This document shows, one piece after another, positions 29,864 through 39,743 of a stretch of DNA of 64,000 bases; the stretch's first letter is position 1; every line of letters starts with the position of its first letter. A program made the translations under genes and the position numbers. Source of the stretch: Babesia bigemina (Eukaryota); the NCBI RefSeq assembly GCF_000981445.1, contig NC_027217.1, positions 2,170,001 to 2,234,000 on the forward strand. Direction: 5' to 3'. Under the pieces are notes generated by a model. The model saw only the letters and a list, made by a program, of their open reading frames with translations. It was not told the origin of the DNA and searched no databases.

Positions 29864-32830
29864 TCATCGCCGCCACGTGTCTGCGTCGTCGGCCCGCCGT
29901 GCGGCGGGTTCGCGAGAGCGCTGCGAGAAGGGCCTGAACTTGCGGTCCTTGTCCACGGTGCTGCCGCTGTTGCGTTGCGGCGAGGCGTCGACGCGGCGAG
30001 AATCCGAACGCCAGAGGTCAGGCTCATCCCTAGGCTGCGACTTGGTCCACGTTTCGGAACGCCTAAGGTCCGGAGCGGCGGCGCTGTGTGTTGCGCGCGC
30101 GGCCTGCTCGTCGAGCCTGCGCTGGATCTCCAGCTCCTTCTGCCGCTGCTTCTCTGCGATCTCCTGCAGCTTGCGCTGCTTCTCAGCCTCGGCTTCCTGC
30201 TTCTTGCGTTCCTCCTCCTCCTGCCTCATGCGCTCTTCCTCCAGCCTGCGCTCCTCCTCGAGCTCCTTCTGGCGACGAAGCTCGGACACGCGCCGTTCCC
30301 TGGCGCGCTGGATCTTATCGGCGACCATCTTCTTCAGGAACCGCGAGCGCTGCTCGGCAATGGCGGCGTCGTAGGCGGCCTTCATGCTCGTCACGTTGTC
30401 GTTGACCCACTTCTCCTTGACCGCGGCCACCTCCTTGAGCGCGTTCTTCTGCAGCTGCAGCGCCTCCGCGTCCTCCTTCCACATGGCCTCGCGCTTCTTT
30501 TGCACCTCCATCAGCTGGCGGGTGTCATCCTCCAGCACGCGCTTCTGCCAGTCGGCGTAGAGCTGCTGCTGGTGTTCCCGCAGCGCGCGGACCAGGTGGT
30601 CGATGCGCTTCACCTCCGCGCGCCTCTGCTTTGCGATCTCCTGGCGCTCGCGCAGCTTCAGTTCCTCCTGCGCCTTCTCCACGTCGTCGAAGTTCACGAA
30701 GCCGTCCATCACGTCCTCCACGTTGATCTCGTCCAGAGTCTTGCCCTTGATGATGATCTTGGTGCCCTGCGAGCCGCCCAGCTTGCGGATGGCTTTGAGC
30801 ATCTGCTGCGCAGTCTCCAGCTTCATCTTCATCTTCTCGTCCTTCTTGCGCTGCTTCTCCATCTGACGCAGCGCCTCCTCGCGGCGCTCCTTCTCCGCGC
30901 GCTCCTCCTGCAGCTTCTGCTCCATCTCCATCTTCTTGCGCTCCTCCTCCACGCGCATCAGCTCCTCCTGGTGCTCCTGGCGGCGCTGGTAGATCTCGCT
31001 GGTGCGCTTCATGAGCTTGGTGCGCTCCTTCTCGATGTTGTTCTTCATCGCGACCAGCTGCAGGTGCCGGTCCTCGGCCTGCTTCGACTGCTCGGGGTCG
31101 AGCACGCGCATCGCGTAGTACAGGTTGCGGCCCAGGTTAGTCAGCTGGTGCCGCACGGCGGCGATGGAGTCGGCGGTGCCCTTGGACGCGTTGAAGTACA
31201 GCACCTTGCTGGAGTAGTCCAGACGGATGTGGCAGAAACCGCGCTGCACCAGGTCCACAATGTACTTCTCCGCGTCGTTCCACGGGTAAAACTCCCTGGG
31301 GCAGATGGAGTTCACGAAGAAGTCGATGGTCATGTTGGCGTACACCTTGGAGATGTTGTTCAGCACCTTGCGGAACACCACGGCCTTGACCTTGGGGTAG
31401 TAGTTCGACAGCTTGTCGAAGAACTTTATCTTCACGGTGTTGGGCACCTGACGCTCGGCCTTTATGTACGTGGCGCACGGCGGGGCGGGCGCAGTCGCGC
31501 ACTCGGGCTCAGCGGTCTCGGTCAGCAGCGGAAGCACCTGCTTGCAGAGCTGCAGCGACGTGTTGCTCTGGCCCTGCATGAGCTCGTACAGCTTCTTGGT
31601 GTTGTCGTCCGCCATGGGGAGGATGTTCTTCACCACGAGCGCGTAGTGCAGCGACTCGCGGGTGGGGATGCTGTTGTAGCCCAGCAGAGCGGCCATGCGC
31701 TTGTGCATCTCGTACGCCGACGTCGGCATCGGAGTTATCAGCTCGCCGGAGTCGGCGCCGTTCTTGTTGGTGTCGGGCACGGCGAGAACCGCCAGCACTG
31801 CCTTGGAGCACATGTACTGCACGTCCTCCGGGGCCACCTTCTTCTTGTACATGCGGATGTGCATCACGTATCTCAGCACCGCAAGCGCGTGGAACAGGTG
31901 CAGGTCAGACACCGAGAAGATGATAGCCAGCTTCTCGTAGAAAATGGCCAGCCACTTCAGCAGCTTCTCCTTCTGCTGGCCCAGCACGGAAACGGAGCCC
32001 TGGAACGTCTTGGTGATGTAATCACGGATCCCCAGCGTGTACAGGTCCTCCACGGTGTTGAAGGCCTCCTTCCACAGCGACATGTCGCACGCGGCCACCA
32101 GCTGGTTGATGCGCGTCTCGATGTGCAGCTCGGGCTTCAGCATGCACTCCATCTCAGGCTTGTGCTTCACCCTCATCAAAAACGTGTTGTGCGCACGCAG
32201 CACCTCGCACAGACGCTTGAACTCGGACAGGCGCTCGTTCTCCCGGCAGAACTGGATGGCCTTCCGGGCAGTGTCGTGGTACACCTTCTCGAGCTTCGGC
32301 GTCGCGCGCATAATGTCCAGGATCATCTTGTAGGTCTCCCACAAGAACCGAAAGACGCTGTGCAGCGACCTGGCGGTCGCGTCGCGCACCTCCAGCTGCA
32401 GCGTGAAGACCATGATCTCCTCGGGCGACTCGCTGTACTCGGCGTCGAGGCCGGCGCTCAGCTTGGCCTTCTCCAGGTCCTCGGCCTTGCTCTTGTCGGC
32501 CGCGATGTCGGCCTTGATGCGACGCAGACGCTCCTCCGCGTGGTCCAGCAGTTCAACCACGACCTTACCGAGCGAGGTCACGTTCGCGTGCTGCGCGACC
32601 AGACGGTACTGGTGAAGACCGTCCCTCGCCATGCGGAGCTTGTCCTGCGCTATGCACAGCGCGACGTACTCCAGCATGATCTGCTCCTGCACCATGTCCC
32701 ATCCCTGGATGCGGAACGACCGGTGGCCAATGGCAGAGTGCAGAATCTGCAGCGCCTCGTCATTCTGGCCGATGGCACGAAGCTCGGCAGCACGCTTGAG
32801 CGCGTTCTCAGGCTTCTGAAAGTTGTGCAT
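29864..32830 (-). CDS. eIF3a: Eukaryotic translation initiation factor 3 subunit A
   Basis: 'FQKPENALKRAAEL', 'RFLWETYKMILDIMR', PCI region, E/K/R coiled coil and 'IDHLVRALR'. Confidence 0.95.
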   Translation of the reverse strand: MHNFQKPENALKRAAELRAIGQNDEALQILHSAIGHRSFRIQGWDMVQEQIMLEYVALCIAQDKLRMARDGLHQYRLVAQHANVTSLGKVVVELLDHAEERLRRIKADIAADKSKAEDLEKAKLSAGLDAEYSESPEEIMVFTLQLEVRDATARSLHSVFRFLWETYKMILDIMRATPKLEKVYHDTARKAIQFCRENERLSEFKRLCEVLRAHNTFLMRVKHKPEMECMLKPELHIETRINQLVAACDMSLWKEAFNTVEDLYTLGIRDYITKTFQGSVSVLGQQKEKLLKWLAIFYEKLAIIFSVSDLHLFHALAVLRYVMHIRMYKKKVAPEDVQYMCSKAVLAVLAVPDTNKNGADSGELITPMPTSAYEMHKRMAALLGYNSIPTRESLHYALVVKNILPMADDNTKKLYELMQGQSNTSLQLCKQVLPLLTETAEPECATAPAPPCATYIKAERQVPNTVKIKFFDKLSNYYPKVKAVVFRKVLNNISKVYANMTIDFFVNSICPREFYPWNDAEKYIVDLVQRGFCHIRLDYSSKVLYFNASKGTADSIAAVRHQLTNLGRNLYYAMRVLDPEQSKQAEDRHLQLVAMKNNIEKERTKLMKRTSEIYQRRQEHQEELMRVEEERKKMEMEQKLQEERAEKERREEALRQMEKQRKKDEKMKMKLETAQQMLKAIRKLGGSQGTKIIIKGKTLDEINVEDVMDGFVNFDDVEKAQEELKLRERQEIAKQRRAEVKRIDHLVRALREHQQQLYADWQKRVLEDDTRQLMEVQKKREAMWKEDAEALQLQKNALKEVAAVKEKWVNDNVTSMKAAYDAAIAEQRSRFLKKMVADKIQRARERRVSELRRQKELEEERRLEEERMRQEEEERKKQEAEAEKQRKLQEIAEKQRQKELEIQRRLDEQAARATHSAAAPDLRRSETWTKSQPRDEPDLWRSDSRRVDASPQRNSGSTVDKDRKFRPFSQRSREPAARRADDADTWRR

Positions 32831-33617
32831 CTTGCAAAGTTATAAAGTCCGTTGGGTACTCCTACAGCGACGCCCGATCGGTAGTTAGCCGCCGCAATCA
32901 GTCGGGCGCTGCGCTACGGATGGCGAGCCCAGCGATCTTGCGGACGAACTGCGACGGTGTTCGATAACCCGCCTCGCCAATTGCGCGCGGTGTGTTCACC
33001 GCAGTAGCGCCTCTTGCCGACGTGTGAGATTTCCGTGTCCCTAAAGGAGCCTACGCCGCGCGCCCGAAGGCTGAGCCTCGGTGTAAACGGGCGCTACACG
33101 TGACAAGTAAGCCGATTAGGCCCAGCGCAAAACGTTTTAACGTCGAACTACGACGTAACGTGTTAGTGGAATCCCGGCGTACGCGGCCGGGAGAAACGTG
33201 CGGTTGGGTCATTAAATGGGGAGGCCGTTGCCTCGGGCGGAGGTAGACCTGCCGCGAGGAAGTTTGTGCCGGAGGTATTCGCAGCACGTGTCGTCGGCGA
33301 AATAACGCTTCGATCGGTCTCTCGCCCGGCCAATACCCAACGCCTGCTCGCCAGGGACCATACGCCTGCGGCTGCCTTACACATAACCGCAACCGGAGGT
33401 CTACCCGCTTCACGCCGGCTCCCGTGATTGATTACGATCAAATGGCGGACTGTGCTGGTGAAGTAGGGCGTGATAAGAGGTGTGTGGTTTAGTTGACAGC
33501 GGTTCGCCGGCGTTGGACACCGGCAGCGGTTTATACACATTCAGACATTAGCGGCGGGTCATATGGTCTGTCGGTTACGCGGCGTCTGTGTTTTGCTGTT
33601 GTGGTAGTTATAGGTCA

Positions 33618-33910
33618 CGGTCTATCGGTAATACCGGACGCTGGGAGCCGAGTGACTCCCGTTCCAGACATCCCTGGATGGATGGGTTCTAGCGCATTTA
33701 CACCCTCTTCTCGCTTTGAAAGCGTCACATAGCTGAGTTAGATTACGCATAATAGGCGCCTTTCGGGGACGCCGGTGGTTCGGCATACTTTCGGTACCCT
33801 GTGTCCTTGGAAGGCGCGCGGCCGGAGGGTTGCCGGCGAGAGAAGGCGCGTATTTCAGGGATACTCCAACACATACTTTCTTCGTGATGTGCAAACATCA
33901 CAATAGATCG
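33618..33910 (+). ncRNA. Candidate structured RNA (~290 nt), family unassigned; could be a 5'-UTR element of RRP5
   Basis: Terminal helix 33618-33625/33903-33910 closes several hairpins with many G-U pairs on the + strand, plus a GCAA-tetraloop hairpin at 33884-33901. Confidence 0.5.
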
Positions 33911-33936
33911 CAATAGTTTCCACGGTTCGCGGACGA

Positions 33937-36282
33937 ATGGAAGCTGAGGAAGACTTCCCTCGTTCAAGCGAGGTGGTGCTGCAGCCGCTAGGGGAGCCCA
34001 GGCGGCGCAGTCGTGCCGCGGCTCAGCAGGCTCAGGCGCCCAGCCTCTTCGCGCGGCCGCAGCCGAAACGCTCGGCGAAGCTAGCCGATCAGCGGGGCCG
34101 GCTGCCCACACTCGAAAGCCTCGAAGCCGGGTCGTTGGTACTCGGCAGCGTAGCCGTCGTGGCGCCCACCGGGCTACGGATCCACCTCCCCGGCGGACTC
34201 AGCGGATTCGTGCGCTCTTCGGACGTTGTAGACGGTGCGCAGGCGGCCAAAAGCCGGCCGGACCACGTCACCCAGGGCTCATTCAGCGTAGGCTCCCACG
34301 TGGTATGCTCCGTGCTGGAGGTGAAGAACGGGTTCGCGTACCTCAGTATGCGGCCTTCTGTCATCAACAAGGGGCTATCTCTGGCCACGATTACGCCGGG
34401 GATGCTGCTGCCAGCCTCTCTGGTGGCCCACGAAGACCACGGAATCCTGCTCTCCTTCAACCTGGCGGGAGCGGACGACGTCCGGGGCTTCGCCAAGTAC
34501 GACGATGAGCAGACGGCAGGTACACCCGCCGCTGCTAGTGAGGATGTTGACGCCGATGATGATGCGAAGGATGCTGCAGCAGAGGATGCCAAATCAGGCA
34601 AGGGTGTTGAGGCCAGCGGAGGTAAACAAGCTGCCAAGACCAATGGTGGTAAACAAGCTGCCAAAAAGGGGCGCAGTTTCGATTCGTTGCGCAGCTTGCC
34701 GCTGGGTTCGACCGTGTACGTGGTCGTCGACTCCGTCAACGTCGCGCGCAAACTGGTATCGTGCAAGTGGCCGTGGCAGTGCGATGTGCCGGTATCCACG
34801 GATTGCCAGCTACCCATACTCTGCGTGCGACCAGGCCTGCTGCTGGTGGGCGAGATATCGGATATACACTATCCAGCGTCCGCACTCAGCGGCAACGCGG
34901 AGTTCAAGGTGAACTACGGTTTCGACGTCAAGTGCCTCAACGGCCTGACTGCGACAGTGCCGGCGGTTCACTCAGTGGTGAGCTATTCGCCACGGCGCCC
35001 TGAAGACAACACGGATGACGGGGAAATGGAATCCGATGATGAAAAGGAGGCCGACGTTGATGCGTCCACTGCGGACGGTAAATCGAAGGTGAAACGGAAG
35101 TCGAAGACGTATGCGCTTCCAGGTGCGGAATCGGATTCGCCGTTGGGCTTAGAGGACCACGTTGTAGGACGCGTTTTGTACGTCAATCACTGGCAGAAGA
35201 CGGTGTACGTGTCGCTGCTTTCCGACATAGTCAACTGGAAGGGCCCGAAGGGTCACCCTCACCAGCTGATTTATAGCGGGCGCAAGACGTACGGCAAGGT
35301 GCTGAGAAGCATCCCCGGACACGGTGTCGTATTTGCGCTGTGCAGGGTGAGGAACGACGGGCAGCTGGCTCGGAAAGGTGGGCCCGAGGCACTGAATTAC
35401 ACGTATGGTGATCTCGGATACTGCGACCCGTCGAATCTGTGTGACGAAGGTAAAGACGATTCTGACAAGTCAATGGGCGCGAAGGGGACTTCAGCCCCTC
35501 AAATCGCCCTGGCATTCAGCTCTGGTAGCGTGCACGCTGCGGCCGAGCTGGAATTCGACTACCTGACGCGTTTTGTCCGTGTTAGCATGCGCGAGTCACT
35601 GCTCACCGAAACCGCGTTGTCGCCGTTTCAGCTGCGGGGTGGCACGTCGGTGAAGGGCGTGATAACCAAGGTGTCGAACTCCGGGGTCAGTGTCCGGCTG
35701 TCGAAGCTGGTCCACGGAAAGGTCCAGCTGGAGCACCTCACGGATGTCCCGTTACCGCACGTGCCGGATAACATGGTTGTAGGCGGCACTTTGAAGTTGC
35801 GGGTGTTGCGGTATGACCACGTTCACAGCGTATTGCTGCTTACGGCGAAGCGCAGCATGCGCAAGGATCCCGCCCCTTTAACGTCGTTCCAGCAGACGGC
35901 TGTGGGCAAGGAGTTTCTGGGTTACATTTGGCGAGTTAAACGCACGGGCGAAAAGGACTCGAAGGCAAAGGATAAGGTCGACGAGACAGTGTATGTCAGA
36001 TTCTACAACGAGCTGCAGACAACACTGGATCAGAGCGAGTTGCGCGAAGCGGAGCTACAAGGGCTGGACATGAGCCACGGAGCCCTCGTTAGAGCTGTGG
36101 TCACGCGGGCTGATGCCCGCCGACGCGCCTTTTACGTGACGGTAAGGCACGACAAGATGGCCTCGCTTAAGGCGCTCGCTCGCGCCCGCTCCAAGCGCCA
36201 GCGTGAGATTCGACGCGCAGAATGCAAGAAGGTATTCACCAACTACGTGAGCTCGCGCAAACGTAGAAAGGCGGAGGCCTGA
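33937..36282 (+). CDS. RRP5: RRP5 N-terminal half (S1-domain repeats)
   Basis: 'EEDFPR' start; S1 repeats 'GSLVLGSV..LRIHLPGGLSGFV', 'LSMRPSVINKGL..PGMLLPASLVAHEDHG', 'VKGVITKV..HLTDVPL..LKLRVL'. Confidence 0.85.
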   Translation: MEAEEDFPRSSEVVLQPLGEPRRRSRAAAQQAQAPSLFARPQPKRSAKLADQRGRLPTLESLEAGSLVLGSVAVVAPTGLRIHLPGGLSGFVRSSDVVDGAQAAKSRPDHVTQGSFSVGSHVVCSVLEVKNGFAYLSMRPSVINKGLSLATITPGMLLPASLVAHEDHGILLSFNLAGADDVRGFAKYDDEQTAGTPAAASEDVDADDDAKDAAAEDAKSGKGVEASGGKQAAKTNGGKQAAKKGRSFDSLRSLPLGSTVYVVVDSVNVARKLVSCKWPWQCDVPVSTDCQLPILCVRPGLLLVGEISDIHYPASALSGNAEFKVNYGFDVKCLNGLTATVPAVHSVVSYSPRRPEDNTDDGEMESDDEKEADVDASTADGKSKVKRKSKTYALPGAESDSPLGLEDHVVGRVLYVNHWQKTVYVSLLSDIVNWKGPKGHPHQLIYSGRKTYGKVLRSIPGHGVVFALCRVRNDGQLARKGGPEALNYTYGDLGYCDPSNLCDEGKDDSDKSMGAKGTSAPQIALAFSSGSVHAAAELEFDYLTRFVRVSMRESLLTETALSPFQLRGGTSVKGVITKVSNSGVSVRLSKLVHGKVQLEHLTDVPLPHVPDNMVVGGTLKLRVLRYDHVHSVLLLTAKRSMRKDPAPLTSFQQTAVGKEFLGYIWRVKRTGEKDSKAKDKVDETVYVRFYNELQTTLDQSELREAELQGLDMSHGALVRAVVTRADARRRAFYVTVRHDKMASLKALARARSKRQREIRRAECKKVFTNYVSSRKRRKAEA
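34618..34669 (+). repeat. Short tandem duplication encoding GGKQAAK x2 within a low-complexity insert of RRP5-N
   Basis: GGTAAACAAGCTGCCAA occurs twice, 27 nt apart. Confidence 0.8.
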
Positions 36283-36479
36283 ATAACTGGCGATGTGCAT
36301 AACAACGCCTGCTCCTGATGGTGGGACGCCCACTAACACCTTAGGGTGGCGCAGTTTGGCCACCCGAGCAACAATAACTAAATTCTTCGCAATTTATAGC
36401 GGGTTCCAGTCGATGTGTACGTGCATAGACTTGTGTTGCCGCGGTCACGTCTGTCCCCTGCTCGTAGGTGGTTGCGAGC

Positions 36480-37805
36480 ATGGGCTCCCTGGGCAAGAGC
36501 GCCAATAGGCGCGTCCCCGGCAAATCCGTGAAGCGGAAGTCGGACAAGAAAGATAAAACCGCCAAGCAGACGGTGGAATCCGAGTATGAGCCGGTGTCTT
36601 GGGACCTCGCGGATGACATTCTATCGCAAGTGGCAGCCGACAAAGAGCAGCCAGCCGCTCCAGCGGTTGAAAAACCCAGCAAACCCAAAAAGAAACGCGC
36701 TCGTGTGGAAGCGACCAAATTCGACCACTCCGCCGAGGTGAGCTGCTGTTCGGAGTACGCACATTGCATTCAGCTGGCCAAGGAATCGAAGATTCGGGAG
36801 TCGGAGCAGCGCATCGCAGAGGAAGAGCTCGCGGAAACTCCTGACAGCGTACTCGGGTTTGAGAAGCGCGTAGTGGCAGGCGGCAACTCGGCTGCGCTCT
36901 GGATGGAGTACATGGCCTTCCACCTGAAGAACGGCAGCCTGGAGGGTGCACGCGAAGTGGTCCGACGAGGGCTGGAGCGCATCGATTTCCGAGCGCTGCA
37001 GGAGCGACAGACGCTATGGGTCGCCTACCTCAACATGGAGTGCCTGTTCGGCGACCGCGTCAAGGAGGTGTTCCAGGAGTCGCTCCGTTTCAACCACCCC
37101 AAGACAATGCACCTCAAGCTGGTGAACATTTTTGTCAAGAACAGGCGTTTCGAGGACGCGGTCGAAATATGCGATTCGGCGCTCAAGAAGTTCGGAAAAT
37201 CGAAAAAGGTTGGTGCCTGGATTACACAATGGCACGTTTGGTGCAGGTATGGAATACCTATCTGCGGCTGCTGTACGAGCACGTGCGTGACTTCGAGGCG
37301 GCCAGGCAGGTCTACGAAAAGTGCCTGGTCCGTATACCGAGCCACAAGAAGGTTTACATGATCACGTCGACCGCATTGCTCGAGTTCAAGCATGCGTCTG
37401 CCGACCGGTGCGTCGCCGTCATTTCAAAATTCACACTGCTGCAGCGGGCAGATGCTGTTTGAGAATTTGTTGCTGGACAACCCGCGGCGCATGGACGTCT
37501 GGATGCAGTACATCTGCGCGTACATAAAGTTCCAGCTGGAGGGCTCGGGGAAGAAGCGCCCTGAGGCGCTCCGTGCGGTGCGCAACCTCTTCCTGCGGAT
37601 CATCACGCTGGACCTGAAACCAAAGAAGATGAAGGTCATCTTCCAGAAGTGAGTTCGCTGCCGCACAGCCGTTGACCTGATGATGATGTGTAGGTGGCTG
37701 GAGTTCGAATGCACCCACGGCGACGACAAGTCGAAGGCGCTGGTTCAGCAGAAGGCGCTGGAGTACGTGGAGCACGTGGAGGCGAAGCTGAAGCCACAGG
37801 TGTAA
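36480..37805 (+). CDS. RRP5: RRP5 C-terminal half (HAT/TPR repeats), multi-exon; either a separate gene or joined to the upstream ORF by an intron
   Basis: '[47 protein letters not shown]', '[16 protein letters not shown]', '[26 protein letters not shown]'. Confidence 0.88.
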
Positions 37806-38299
37806 TCGCAGTAGCGATAATGTATCGCAAAGGTCTACATGTGGCGCTTTGGGCGGTGCTGTCGCAGCCTCCACGCCCGTACGTTGACAGGCCATGTAAC
37901 CGAAAGCTGCCAATGCCCGGCAGCCAGTGAACCAGTGCGTGCCTAAGTTTTTACTCGTTACACACTCTAGGGTGCCGCATACATCTGTCGCCGTTGCGCG
38001 GTGTTGTCGGTCACGGATCCTTCCTATGCGGCCGCCCCGTTGTCCGAGCAGTGTGTAGAAGCGTAGCCTTCTGCGGCGGGAGACCTGCCACTGTTTACAT
38101 ATACTACCTGTGGATTTTTAGGGAGTCGATACGTCGCTACAATGCGCCCAAATTGCCCCGTTTCGCCCTGTGGAGGGTGGCTGAGATAGCTCCTATCACG
38201 GCTCTGAGGGAGCGGCGTCTTAGCAGCGCTGCGGCGCGACAACGCAGGACCTGATTTGGTCAGGTGCATCGCCATTACTGCACGGCAATTAGTGTCACG

Positions 38300-39289
38300 A
38301 TGTCGGTGACCGGCCCTTCGGCGAACATAACGGCCATCGAGCGCCTATCGGAGCTCGAGCTGCAGCAGGGGATCATAGGACCATCGTCGTGGCACCACCA
38401 GTACAAGGATTCCTGCTATATCTACATCGGTAGGTGGTTTGTGGCGATATACGAGGGTAGCGCCCGAAGTGGCGGCCTGTTTCGTTACCGTGTCTGACGG
38501 CCTTCAGGCGGATTAGACAAGCGCATGACGGAAGGTGATATCGTCATCGTCTTCTCGCAGTTCGGAGAGCCCATCGACGTGCATCTAAAGCGCGATCGGA
38601 AGACAGGTTGGTGTATTACAGCAACGGCAGTCTATCACATGCGTGCAGGCGCATCGCTCGGGTACTGCTTCCTGGGCTACAAGGACCAGCGCAGCACCAT
38701 CCTGGCGGTCGACAACTTCAACGGCTGCACGCTGCTGGGCAGACGCATACGCGTGGACCACGTGCTGGACTACAAGGCTCCAGTGGAATACGAGGACGAG
38801 GTGGGTCACGCTTCTGGCCGCGGCATGTACCAGCCACTGGCGCAGCAGCCCGGTTTGTCGACGCCGCTCACGCGTTCGCAGGAGGATGACGAGGGGAACA
38901 AGATTCGCAAGGAGTATACTCCCACGGGCGCCGAAGGCCAGGGTATTGGAAAGTACTACGTGACCTCTAGCGAAGCGGTGCTGCGCGAGGCACACCACCA
39001 CCGTCCCAAGCCGCAAAGCAACCCTCAGGACAACCTGGATGAGGACGAGCGATGGGCTCAAGAATTCGAGGCATCGTTGCGGAAAGACAGTACGCCCGAC
39101 GATGACGCGAAAAAACATGACCGACGATCGTCATCGCGTAGTAGACACCGCCACCGCGAAAGGTCACGTGAAAGACACAGGAAAAGGGAGGACCGGGAGA
39201 GGCGACGCAGCAGGAGCCGCGACCGCTCCAGGCACGAGCACCGCAGTGACAGACGCGACCGCCACCGGGACAGCAGACGTTATCGATAA
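38300..39289 (+). CDS. RBMX2: RBMX2/Ist3(Snu17) RRM splicing factor (RES complex), multi-exon, RS-rich tail
   Basis: '[32 protein letters not shown]', '[25 protein letters not shown]'. Confidence 0.93.
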
Positions 39290-39743
39290 AACCGTAAAAG
39301 AAATACACACCACCGCCGCGACCCAAAGTTAGACGCCAGGATTGTCAAACAGACATTCCGAGGGTCGCGTCTGGACGCCGCTCGAGTTGCTACGTTAAGA
39401 GACTCACCGGGGCTGGCAGCCGGCACATTCGTCAGACAGCCGTTATTTGTTTGCACAGGCTCACTGTGAAGTGTAAGTGTCCTTGCACACCTGTGCACCC
39501 TGGTTGTTTCCGAGTCGAACGCCTCCACCCAAGGTGTGTCGACCAGCCTACGCAATATTCCGTTGGCAATTGGCGTATCGGGACTTCCGACGACTAATAC
39601 TTTGCCGCGTAATTTGGTACGCTCCGCGAACGATCGTGCTATCTCTACTGGTCCCCCGACCATTGGACGTGGCCGTCTAAGACGTACCGTGCCGCGTAAT
39701 TCTGGAATCGCATCTGTTCCGTCAATTTCGCGTAGATGAAACA

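Noticed and set aside
29822..32845. 1007-aa ORF on + strand
   Set aside because: Antisense shadow of eIF3a. GC3-biased codons suppress stops on the opposite strand, and the L/V/H-rich translation is typical of that artefact.
33051..33894. ORFs of 79-125 aa between eIF3a and RRP5
   Set aside because: No codon bias or motifs. The region is better explained as a divergent promoter plus structured RNA.
33618..33910. Telomerase RNA, RNase P/MRP, U3 or SRP identity for the structured region
   Set aside because: No single-stranded CCCTAAA/CCCTGAA template on the favoured strand, no GAAAGUCCCC or CR-V, no U3 boxes and no SRP helix-8 motif.
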